A DNA stretch of 64,000 bases from Podarcis liolepis (lineage: Eukaryota): the NCBI GenBank assembly GCA_965112155.1, contig OZ218100.1; one strand, 5' to 3'. Every line of letters starts with the position of its first letter. Within the stretch, counting starts at the first letter, position 1. A program made the translations under genes and the position numbers. Of this stretch, positions 33,281 through 44,510 are shown piece by piece. Below the pieces are notes generated by a model. The model had not been told where the DNA came from. It saw only the letters and a program-made list of their open reading frames with translations, and searched no databases.

Positions 33281-36178
33281 CAACAAGACAGATAAAACAT
33301 TACATCCTCTTTCCATGGTCTAATTCTTACTGAAATAGCAAACCTGTGTTTCAGCTGTACCGCTTTCATACTGCAGATGGGAGCTCATATGATTTATACA
33401 AAAACAAAACAAAAAACCAATTCCTTACATAAAGGAAACAAGCATGTGGGAGTATTCTTGGCTAGACCTTTTCTCCTTGCCTTTCTAAATTCCTGTGTGC
33501 AGGGGTTATTGTTATTTTAAAATTACGCAGCAATGATCAGTCAATCGCCTAAACCTTCATGTGCAGTCTTAAGTGGTGCAGCCGACACACAAAGGTTTTT
33601 CGCCTCAATGAGAACTAACGACAGATCCACACCATTCATTTCATTTTATTTATATACCACCCTTCCTCATAAAATCTCAGGGCAGTTCACAGAAGTACAT
33701 CCTCCCCCCCCCCCAAGGACCCTGGGAACTGACAACTGGCTTTGAGGTTTTCTGCAATCAAGCAGTATATAAATGTTACGAGTTAAATAAACTGTAGTTC
33801 TCTCTTTTCAGAGCTACAATTCCTGGCACTCTTAAGGAACTAGAGTTCGCAGAATTATATGAGGGAAGCCATGTGCTTTAAAGGTATCCTGCAGCTCTGC
33901 TTTCAGCCTTGGCTTGAACTATGGATCACTATGAAGACTCTCATTTTAAATACCCCTACTGTATGTAGGCTATAGGAGCTCTGATATATTGCTAGCAGTA
34001 ATGTTCTTAACTTTCAACAACAAAATAATAATCATACATATAGCTCCCTCACTTACCCCATGAAAGTATTTGGGCTCATGGCCACATCTTTGTGAACATA
34101 AGTGTGCACAGAACAATTTATTAAAGTGTTTAACATGTACATATGGACTCTCCTTAAGGGCATGGGGTGTTAACTCTTGCCCTCCCACACTCTTGCAGCT
34201 GAGCCATTGTCCCTTTAGTTCAGCCACAAGAGAAGGGATTTATACAGTACATAACTAGTTTAAGATGCTGCTCTTTTGTGATTCTCTGCTGCAGACTAGC
34301 ATAGCTGGGTGCCTCAGATCTGAGTCTAATGCACTGGGGGGGGGTGGATCTTGGGTTACTGTAAACAAAAAAACCCAGACATTTTGCCAAATGGTAAAAA
34401 TCTGCCCAGACGGAAATTTTAATCCTGAAAAAAGAGGATGTGTCCGGGGGAAAGAGGACATATGGCAACCCGATCAGGTTTAATTTATGTCAGGTTTCAA
34501 TCCTGCCTGTAACTCATGCTTCCTGTCAGGGGAGCTTAGTCACCTAGTTAACCACTTAAGGGAGGGACTAGTGTTGATTTCCTGACAGGAAAACACTTGG
34601 TGTCATCAGCTCAGGTGAACTCCCTCATTTCACACCGTGCCTCGTGATTTGTTTCAGAACAGGTTTGGGGGTTCAGCTCTGCTAAATCTTAGCTCACTTT
34701 TCAGGTTTGGATTCAGGGGAGAGGTTTAGCTGCCTCTCGGGATTTGACCGATTGCCATGCTGGGTGGTAAAGGATTTTCCCCTGGGTCATGTTGGCTAGA
34801 AACTTTGAGAGTTTGCAGCATTCCTTCGTAGCATATGGCGTGTTTCTCTGTTGCTTGAGTCATCCAGAGATATTTCCTCTGCGGAAAGGAACATTTCTGC
34901 AGCCAGCCACCTGCTTTCTTCATACGACACACAGGATTGGGCCGCTGCTGTGCTAAACTCTGTATTTGCTTAGTCTTCCATACAGATTAGATGGGGCTGA
35001 TGAGCACATTCTGCATATGGATGATGCTTAGACCCACGCTCGGAGGGGGGTGGTGGCATGCTGTCATATCCTAAGACTGCAGTTTGCCAAATGTGTGCCA
35101 TAACAGAAATGTGAGCATGCTGTAATATTCACAGGGACATTACTGGGGGTGGGGGGCAGAATGGCAGGTGTCACACACAGAAAAACATTACACCCCGGGA
35201 CCGCAGTTTTCTGTATGTGTGGATGCCACAACTCCCCGCTGGAGAATGGCCATCCGAATGGGGGATGGGGATAGGGTTTCCAGACCTCCACGCCTAAACT
35301 GGAGTCTCCAGGGACTCAGCTACGTTAGTAAAGAAAAAGCATTTAAAATGCATTATAACACTGTGACACCAGGTGGCGCTGTGGAGTTCCATCTTTCGGC
35401 AATGTGATTTCCCATTATGAGGTTTACAACATGTTTTCCTGAAACTTTTTTTGATGTTTCTAGATCCAGCCCTCGTTTGCTTACCTGCCCCCCTCCAGCT
35501 GGCAGGTAGAGGGCTTGAATCTCCAGGTGGACGAGAGTGCTTTCCTTTACTATTATTAAGGAGACTGTGTGTGCAGCTTGCAAGCTTCAGCCCAGCAGGA
35601 GTCAGCTGCCAATTATCGCATAGACTCTCCAGGGGTCATAGGAACATCTCCTTTAGCTAAGGTTTCTATTTTAATTTCAAAAAAATGACATATTTGCTCA
35701 TTTGTTAGACTTTCCGGGGGGGGGGGTAGTTGAATGACATGCTCTTTGCGACTGTGGTTCATACTTAATGTGTCATGGTTGATGACATCACTGGGCACCA
35801 CCCCTCATGACATCACCAGGGGCTGCCCAGAGTCTGGGATGCAACCCTTCAGGGAGAGAAATGGCAGCCACTTGCAGTAAGGAAGCATCATCAGCCTACC
35901 CACAAAATATAATTTGCCTCCACCCCTGAAATGTAAAAGATGGGAGGTGGTTGTGTCTGCTCATTCACCTCAGCATCCGCCTTTGGATTTGTCTTCCTGT
36001 GGTCTAAACATTTGGGCCAGCCAAAATTCCAGGTCAGCAACACAGCCCAAATGGCCCACCAACAGAGGAGGCTGCCTGTTGATCTCTATAGGATCAGAAT
36101 TGACTTTTTTTCTTGTGTAAGAATGAGGTATGCCTACCATTTTAACAGGGCATGGCAAATCTCAATCTGATATTTAGC

Positions 36179-36348
36179 TAGGGTTTCCATATGTCCGGAC
36201 CTAACTGGGATTCGGTCGTCGGAAACAGTGTCCAGGCAGAAATCGCTGAAACATCCAGGAAAATCTGGACCTATGGCAACCAATGACTGTAGTGTAGCTC
36301 AACAACTTCTGTGTCCATATTTTCACTTTTTGAAATATGGCAACCCTA
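36179..36348. mobile_element. hAT-type MITE (TAGGGTTGCCATAT termini)
   Basis: tagggtttccatat / atatggcaacccta, with an extra internal tatggcaacc. A related single end lies at 34400-34473. Confidence 0.65.
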
Positions 36349-37310
36349 CTTGTGCAGTATATGCTAGAATTCATATTTCCTATAGGGTCATGAATTGTAA
36401 TATTTGGCATTTTTTAAAAAATCAGTGTGCGCCTTCAACAGTGCACTTTCATTCTAGCCCAGGATTTCTCAGAAGTCTTGTTAGTTAAATTACATAGCTT
36501 GCAAGCTTGTAGTGTATGGATCAGATTCCTGGGTTTTAGAACAGTTCAGAATGGGGAACATTTTCTTGGAACTGAAAGACTGTGTAGAATCTGGAAGATT
36601 CAGCATCCACATCAGTTGAATTCCCATTGCGGTTACCAAACAATATGTGTTAACATGGAATGGGGGGAAGAAATGGAAATGTCACATCAACAAAAGTATG
36701 AAAACATTTGCAATTACTGTGTTGTGTTTCTGCTTGCGTGTTTCGTAATCCCTGAGTTGTGATCGGGAAAACCAGCCAAAAGTGGAAAGTGACTGCCAGG
36801 CATTGTTTTAATGACTCCTCCAACTCTTCCTCCCTCCCAGCCCCCCTCCACTTGTTTTAAACAGAGAATGTAAGTACAGTTGTCCCCTGCCAGATTATGT
36901 CATTATTGGACCTGGGTATTAATGGAGTGGTAGATTGAATGCAACTGATGGGCCAAATTCTACACTGGTAAATTTCCATGGATTGCTACACAGTTTGGAC
37001 TACTAAGAACCAGTACTTCCAAAAGTTCTTTTCATCCAGACACCCCAACCTACCTGAAACCCCTTAAAAGACTTTTTTTTTATATATTCCCCCTCCTTCC
37101 CATGATTACAGTGTAATCCTCTGTGTGTTTACTTAGAAGTATGTTTCATTAATGGGTCTTAAACTAGGGCACATTTGCAGCCACTCAATTTCTAGCTCAT
37201 CTAGAAATGCATCCTTTTAGTTCAGGGTTGAAGTATGAATTCTAATGATGAGAGGGTCGCATGGGATTGCACCAAGACATGTTGTACCTTCTTTGAGGAA
37301 GGGTCATAGC

Positions 37311-37482
37311 AACATAGGAAGTTGCCTTATAATGGTCCAGCTATCCCAGTATTGTCCACACTGACCAGCAATGGCTCTCCATGATATCAGATGGGGTACT
37401 TTTGCTACATGGAGACACCTGGGATTGAACCGGGAGCCTTTTACATGCAAGGAAGATGCTCTGCCAGTGAGCTATGGTTTCT
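37311..37482 (-). mobile_element. tRNA-Ala-headed SINE
   Basis: Reverse complement ccatagctcactggcagagcatcttccttgcatgtaaaaggctcccggttcaatcccaggtgtctcca...aaggcaacttcctatgtt. Confidence 0.75.
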
Positions 37483-37487
37483 TTTCA

Positions 37488-37522
37488 TACACACACACAC
37501 ACACACATACACACACACACAC
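37488..37522. repeat. (AC)n microsatellite, imperfect
   Basis: Direct observation. Confidence 0.9.
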
Positions 37523-38374
37523 AGCTAGCCCAACAATTAAATGTTACTGTCACCTGAACCAAGGTTTTGTTGAAAATATTTTAACAGGCTTTCAGTCTTC
37601 ATAGGCCCCCTATTTGTCTTCTTGCTCATGTTTCCTATTGACAGTAGCTGATCATGGAAAGGATGCTGACTGACTTCTTTGTGCCTTTGAAGAAAGAAGA
37701 GAAAGAAACCAGCTACTGTAAAAGCTGAACGTAATGAATGCTCTGATGCACCAAATGTCCTTGGCATATTTGGCTATGTTTAGCTCACTGATTATGGGTT
37801 CTGCTTACTCTGTACAGCCACTCTGTTCTTCTTCTTCTTAATCAGCAACCCTTGTCCATGTCTGCCTCCTTATAGCTTATTAAATGACTGCCGTGCGCTC
37901 CAACTCATCCTTAATTTTCAGGACCAGTCCTTGTTTCCCGGTACCTGTTCCAATTTTGTTTCTCTCTTACCTTTCGCAGAGGTTTGGCAGATAGCTTTTT
38001 AAAATATTGTTAGAGTATTATTTTAGAGCAGCCATTCTCGAGGTTTTAGCTGCACCTGAGACTCAGCAGGGAACTCTTCCCCCACCTGGTGCCCTAGAGA
38101 TGTTTTGGACTACAACTCCCATCAGCCAGTATAGGATGGGTGCAACTTCCTGCCAAACAGGAAGTAGCTGATGCCAAGGATGTCCTTTGTGAGTTGTAAT
38201 CCAAAACATCTACATGGTTCCAGATTCGCAACAGCTGCTCTAGAGCTTAAAAATCTGAAGAGATGGAAGGTACCTTTTTGTAAACCGCTTTGTGGGTTTT
38301 TCTTGAAATCAAGCAGTGTATAAATTCTATTAAATAAATAAAATAAATATCTACCTAATAAAAGTTGCTGATTA

Positions 38375-38600
38375 GACAGAAAGCCTTCTTGGTAGTGGCG
38401 CCCTCCCTGTGGAACGCCCTCCCTTCAGATGTAAAGGAAATGAACAACTACCAGACTTTTAGAAGACATCTGAAGGCAGCCCTGTATCGGGATGTTTTTA
38501 ATGTTTAATGTTTTAATATGTTTTATATGTACTATAAGCTGCCCAGAGTGGCTGGGGAAACCCAGCTTAGATGGGAGGGGTATAAATATTATTAGTATAT
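38375..38600 (+). mobile_element. L2-clade LINE 3' fragment
   Basis: Colinear with 15600-15846 (gccttcttggtagtggcgccctccctgtggaacgccctccc...gcccagagtggctggggaaacccagc). Confidence 0.9.
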
Positions 38601-38742
38601 TTTAAAAATGCAGCCATTCTATTATATGCACAGCTAGACCCACTGTGAGATCTAATATTCTAAATTATTTTTATTGAAAGATAAAGATTAATAGTCATAA
38701 GAATCTGCCTTACACTTACTCAGGCTATTGGTTAATCTAACC

Positions 38743-38879
38743 CAGGCTTCCTCAACCTTGGCCCTCCAGGTGTTTTTGAGACTACGATTCCCATAATCCC
38801 TGACCACTGGTCTTGCTAACTAGGGATTATGGGAGTTGTAGGTCAAAAACATCTGGAGGGCCGAGGTTGAAGAAGCCTG
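38743..38879. mobile_element. hAT (Charlie-like) hairpin MITE
   Basis: TIRs caggcttcctcaacct / aggttgaagaagcctg. Perfect 8-bp TSD atctaacc (38735-38742 / 38880-38887). Confidence 0.95.
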
Positions 38880-39164
38880 ATCTAACCCTTGGCTTGACTT
38901 TCGAAAAACAGGGGCTCTGTAGTACTTAGCTAATTGGGAACCACTGCTCTAGATTTTTAATTGTTGCAACTCCTCCACAGGTTATTTTTAGCTGAGCGGC
39001 CTTTGCAATATCTCTGTTCTTAAGCTGTTGGCACCGAATTTTATCTGTCATTCTTTTTCATGCACATATTATTTTGTTATAATATGTTATAATATAATAT
39101 GTTAAGCTTATTTCATCTTAAGAGATTTCTCTCTCCAGTTTTGTAGGGATCAAATATATAATTA

Positions 39165-39390
39165 CAGTGGTACCTCAGGTTAAGAACTTAATTCGTTCTG
39201 GAGGTCCGTTCTTAACCTGAAACTGTTCTTAACCTGAAGCACCACTTTAGCTAATGGGGCCTCCTGCTGCTGCTGTGCCGCCGGAGCACAATTTCTGTTC
39301 TCATCCTGAAGCAAAGTTCTTAACCTGAAGCACTATTTCTGGGTTAGTGGAGTCTGTAACCTGAAGCGTCTGTAACCCGAGGTACCACTG
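39165..39390. mobile_element. Tc1/mariner MITE, family A
   Basis: TA TSD, TIR cagtggtacctc. Opposite orientation to the 30513 copy. Confidence 0.95.
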
Positions 39391-39982
39391 TATTTCAAAA
39401 GAAGTCATTCACTTCTTATGTCTACTTTAACACTCTATGTTCATGATGATAACAATGTCAGCTTCTCGCAGTGGGAGGGGTGAAATATCCTCAGACAATA
39501 ACAATCAAATGGCAGGTGGGGGAGTTCTGCTGCTACCCCTTGTTCAGGTGTTATGCCCGAAAAGGGAATTGCAACACAACCAGGGACAATGGAGTGCCTG
39601 CACTGACTTCACCCACTGTGTCCCTGTCTGCTCCACCCTGACCTTTCTGCGTTGAGTGGGGAAGTCTGATGGGAGTTTCTGAATGCATTCAGCCAAGAAA
39701 TTGTCTTCAGCCAACGAACTCTGAGCCTTTCTGTGATAGGGTCAGAGTTGAAACTGTGTTTGCACTCATGCTTGCTCTTTAGCTGAGCCTGGAGGCACAA
39801 AATTCAATTAATTCCTCTCTGCATCTGTATCTCCTGACAACTTCTTAAACACACACACACACACTAGCTTATATTATACCGTAAAACATAGATGCCTCTT
39901 AACAGGGGCTTTGAGGTTTGAAACAGCCACCTGCTGGGACTTCACTCAGTTGGCATGACCATAGAGCTCAAGAGTTCCCTGG

Positions 39983-40176
39983 GTGGGCCCATAGCTCAAT
40001 GGGTTGAGCTCTAACTTTTCATGTGAAAGGTCCCAGGTTCAAAACCCAGATTCTCCAGATAGCAAATGATAAAGTAGCAGGGGATGTGAAAGACATCTGC
40101 CTATGAACCCAAAGAACTGCTGCCAGACAGAAGAGACAACACTGAGCTCGATAGATCTGGTATTAGGCAGTTCCTT
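39983..40176 (+). mobile_element. tRNA-Ala-headed SINE
   Basis: gggcccatagctcaatggg...aaggtcccaggttcaaaacccagattctccag...ctgctgccagac...actgagctcgatag...aggcagttcct. Confidence 0.7.
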
Positions 40177-41748
40177 AAAAGGTAGAAGAAATGCGCAGGC
40201 ATCTTCAGCCACTATGGCAAGCAGAAAACACTTCTCATTGGGGCCCCCCATTTTTGGTGCTTTGCGTTTTCTGTGTGGGTAATGAATTCTGGGGGAAATT
40301 GAATTGGGGCAATCTGGTTTACTGGGTAGGAAATTAAGAGCGGGGTGGAAATAAATTAATTTAAAATGACTACTTAGGGATGATCTTGCCATTAATGAAA
40401 GAGGGAAATGAAGGGGAATTAAGCTGATTTGAAGCAGGATCTGTTAGGGAATTAATTGTGGGTAAACTTAAGAGGAACTGATCTGGGGTAGGGTGCAAAT
40501 TAATTATGCAACTTATCCGGGCTGATTTGGATGGGAAATTAATTGGCTTATCTTCTGTGCAGTTAGGATTCTAAGTTTGCATCTATGTGTATAAATTAAC
40601 AAATCTAAATCTTATGCATGTTTGTTTCTAGGCATCAATTATTTTAAGTATACAGCAACGCTCTTGATGTCTAGATTCAGTGGGGGGGAAGGAAATGAAT
40701 GGGCAGGGGTGAAGTTGACCAAGTAGCCAAGGGGATCCCTGAAGACACTGAAGACACTGTGTCCATGGACCCCTTAGAACCTGGAACCAGCACTGGATCC
40801 TTGATGACAAGGGCAAAGGAGCAGGATTTGTGTGGGGAAAGAAGAATGAAAGAAAAGGATGCAAGAAAGTTCTGAGTGCAGGAGCATGCGAATGGGGAAT
40901 CCCACTTACTGCCCTCTGCAGCTGCATGTGTGCTAATTCCAAGACACAATTTTTAAGGCTCCTCTTGCAATTGATCACCTGGAAACTCCTTGGGCACCAT
41001 TTGGTGGAAAGGCAGGAAAAAAGTAAGCTTTTTTTTAAAAAAAATTGCTATCTTGCGTTCCAGAATTAGTAAGAGACAATGTGAACACTGTTACTAAGCC
41101 ATGCACAACATAGTTCAAGAGGGTGAATGGTAGTCTAGAAAATACTTCTTGAAATTCATCTCTCAAAAAAAGAAAAAGAGTGGAGGGAGGGGGACAACCT
41201 GTGGCCTAGGACAAGTATCTTAAACATGGAAGGCAGCCAGTCTAATTACTTACCTTGGTCCTTTGCCCAGAGTTTATTCCATGATACATCTAGGAGACAA
41301 ATGTTCTCATTTCAAGAAACTTTCTAGTATTTTTTCCATTCCTTGATGCAGAATAAACACACGCCAGAGGCTGCACAAAACCCAGGTGTAATTCTTATCC
41401 ATCCAGAGCGGAGCTGGAAAATATCTCAGCAAGGTATTAATTACTACTGCCTTGAGAAATAATTTGTGTAAATGAACCCAGCCATTTAAGCCCCAGACAG
41501 TGACAGACTACATAGGAAATGTTCGCCTTGCATCCAAAAGATGCTCAGGTTTGTGGTGAACGTCCAGAGAAGTAGAATCTCGGAATTGTAGACCGGCCTG
41601 GAACACCTCCCTGGGTGATCTGCTGCAGTCCCAAACATACTTTCCTGGGAGTAAGCGCCATTTACCACAGTGGAATGTATGTAAAGATGTATGAGTAAAG
41701 TTACTCAAGTATGCTTGGTGTGTAACAATGGGACTGGGTGGTCTTAAA

Positions 41749-41892
41749 GCAACGTTCCCCAACCTGGTGCCTTCCAGATGTTTTGGACTCCAATTTCCAC
41801 AAGCCCCAGCCAACACAGTTGATCAACATCTAGAGAATTCTCATCAGTCCCAGTCAACACAGTCCACTGGAGGGCACTAGATTGGGAAAGGC
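41749..41892. mobile_element. Degenerate hAT hairpin MITE (further relics at about 19995-20045, 30093-30228, 31288-31400, 38029-38236, 45260-45340, 59980-60048)
   Basis: ttccccaacctggtgccttccagatgttttggact...ctggagggcactagattgggaaagg. Confidence 0.65.
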
Positions 41893-42115
41893 CCCCCACC
41901 CCACACTTTTTTGGAGAGATTAGGGGGTTGTTTTAAATGCAAGGAACATTAGCTGGGGAATGAAACCAAATGTTTGGTGCCAATGAAGGCTTTGTTCCAA
42001 TGCCAATAGCACCTTCAGAGGACGGGCTTTCCACAGGACACCTGCTAATTGTCCGGCTAATTGTCAACCCCATCTCCACAGCTGATGCTATTTGCATTTT
42101 TAAAAACCACCTGTA

Positions 42116-42245
42116 TATAATAATAATAATGATGAATAATGATGATGATGATGTTTTATTTATATCCCGTTCATCTGGCTGGGTTTACCCAGCCACTCTG
42201 GGCAGCTTACAGCATATATAAAAACATAATAGAACATCAAACAAT
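42116..42245 (-). mobile_element. L2-clade LINE 3' end
   Basis: (TAA/TGA)n tail, then tttatatcccgttcatctggctgggtttacccagccactctgggcagctt. Confidence 0.8.
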
Positions 42246-44004
42246 TTTTAAAAAACAGAATATCTTAATGATGAAGACACTTTTATCGTCTCCTCTAGTT
42301 TAGCCTTCAGTTGATGCCTACAACAGAGCAGCACTGAAGAAAGGGCAATTTCATGCAAAATGTAGGATGTGTCTCTTGGAACAAACTAGACAGAGCAGAA
42401 GGAGGTCAGTTAAAAGTAACTGTGTGGAGGAGAAAGCAAACCAGATTGGGGCATTTTGCCAGTCTAAATGCCACCGCAAGCTGCCAATTTGCCCATGAAG
42501 GAAAACATACAAGCAGCCCCATAATATTCCCTCCCCAGTAATGTTAAATAGGAGAAGGAGAAATCATGATACAGCGTCATTGCATTGAGATTCTCCCACT
42601 CCATTCGCCTCCACTTTCAGGAGCAATTGATGCACTGACACTGCATCTCTATTTTCATTGTGTGGATGTTGCCAGGAGAGAAGGGAGGAAGAGATGTGAG
42701 GCTATTGCCCTTGGTGGTATCTACACCTTCAAACCTATTGTCTAGTTCTGTCCTTCCTGTCCTTTGTCCTTTAATATTGCCACATTATAGCCCTTGGAGC
42801 AGTTTTCTAAGCAATGCACCAATAGCTTATATTTAACTATGTGTCTGTGAACAAACGTGAGTGCTGTACTCATCTCACAGTCTTTGTAGCCTTTCCTGGG
42901 GAAATGCACTGTATTTAATACCTCTGTGATGCTTGCCTGATCTATTTCCAACTAGTCCTTGAAGTAAAAAAACAACTCAGCTTTTGTACTCAGTAGAGAA
43001 AACAACAGATCAGTTTTCCTTCTCACTGAGAATGCTGGTGCCTGTGCCTTTTACCAGTAAGGCCAGGTCCCAGGGGCAGCCTTCTCTCCCAGGTGATTTT
43101 CCTTTCTTTTCGCCCTGCTAGGAAAATGTGCCTCTTTCCTTTTTGCCTCCAGTGCTCTCACAGTCCAGCACTCTGACATACATTTACACTTCAGAGACAA
43201 AACTGCAGTAGGATAAACAAATCACCCTTTCTTGTTCCTTTGAACCACAAATGTTCCTCTGTGACCAAGAATAGCCCCAGCGCAAGCCCTCTCCAAATGC
43301 AGAAATAAAAACTGGCGGCATTGTCAAAACTTTGCTGCAGTCAGTGCCCTGTGGAATTAATCAATGGCAGAGGCAAGCTTCTTGGTGTCTTCCTCACCAT
43401 ACGCTTCGGATGTAAAATATTTTTAATGTGATAGCTGGGTCAGTTCTCTCCCCCTTTTTTCACCTCCCTTAAAGGCAGCCATTTTGCTGGAAGTCCTCTA
43501 GAAGTTGCTCCCTGGAAGCCCCTCGTAACAATGTCATTTTTCATGCGCAGACTTCTGTCATCTCATCTGACAGCGGCCTGTGGGTTAGCTCTCTGTTTTC
43601 ATTCAAGATTTCAAGTCCCGCTCCCCAAGGGAAATGATATGTTTTCTGTGAAGGGCAGCTACACTGTGTCTACACTGTGATTGCATCAGCACACATTACT
43701 CATGTGCTCCGCGCACACAGGCACACGCACATATGCATGGAACGGCACGGGAGCATCTGTTGCCAGCCTATCTGCATCGGCTCATGTGCCTCTGAATGAA
43801 GGAGCCACGGCAACATCACAAGCTTGGTTTGTTAGGTCAACAGGCTGAAAGCTCAGATCCACGCTGGGAGTGCTGGCAGGTGCTCCAGCACTTATCATAA
43901 TACGTTTCTAATGAGGCTGGTGAAAAGTGCCGTTTGTTTGTTATTCAGTTCCATGATGGCACTGAGCGGACACATTTTAATAAGAGCAGGTATTGCATTT
44001 CTTG

Positions 44005-44510
44005 CCAGCAGAGGAGCTGAGATTTGAAGAGCAAAAGGCCCTGCTTCAAATTCATATCCTCTATGATGGAGGCGGGGAGCCTTCAGTCCTCTAGAGCTGT
44101 GTTTCCCAAGCGTGGGTCTCCAGCTGTTTTTGGACTACAACGCCCATCATCCCTAGCTAGCAGGACCAGTGCTCAGGGGTGATGGGAGTTGTAGTCCAAA
44201 AACAGCTGGAGACCCAAGCTTGGGAAACATGGCTCTAGATGTTGTTGGACTCCAATTCCCATCAGCCCCAGTCAGTGTGGCCAGTTATCAGTGGTGGTGG
44301 TGGATGTAGTCCAGCAACATTTGCGGGAGGGAGCATAGGCTCCCCACTCTGTGAACTCATTAAGCAGCCACAGGGCAACTCACTATTCACGCAGCCTCAT
44401 CCGCCGTGAAAGACAGCATGCTATAGTGAGCGCATGACTCACTGGGTTGTTGTGAGGACTGAAAGGCAAGGGGAGAATATTGCCCTGCGTTCCTTAGGCT
44501 AAAAATGGAC
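44005..44510 (+). mobile_element. Old MIR/Squam3-like SINE containing an old hAT MITE (about 44067-44351), which itself contains a younger MITE
   Basis: Head-like ctgcttcaaattc...ctctatga|MITE|tgaactca...gggcaactcacta...cagcctca...gggttgttgtgaggact. Boundaries approximate. Confidence 0.45.
44097..44232. mobile_element. hAT (Charlie-like) hairpin MITE nested in an older MITE
   Basis: Near-perfect palindrome tgtttcccaagcgtgggtctccagctgtttttggactacaa...ttgtagtccaaaaacagctggagacccaagcttgggaaaca. TSD ctctagag / ctctagat. Confidence 0.9.

Noticed and set aside
34520-34591. 11-bp inverted repeat ttcctgtcagg / cctgacaggaa as a pre-miRNA
   Set aside because: The 50-nt interior pairs poorly, and an 11-bp match at this spacing is within chance expectation.
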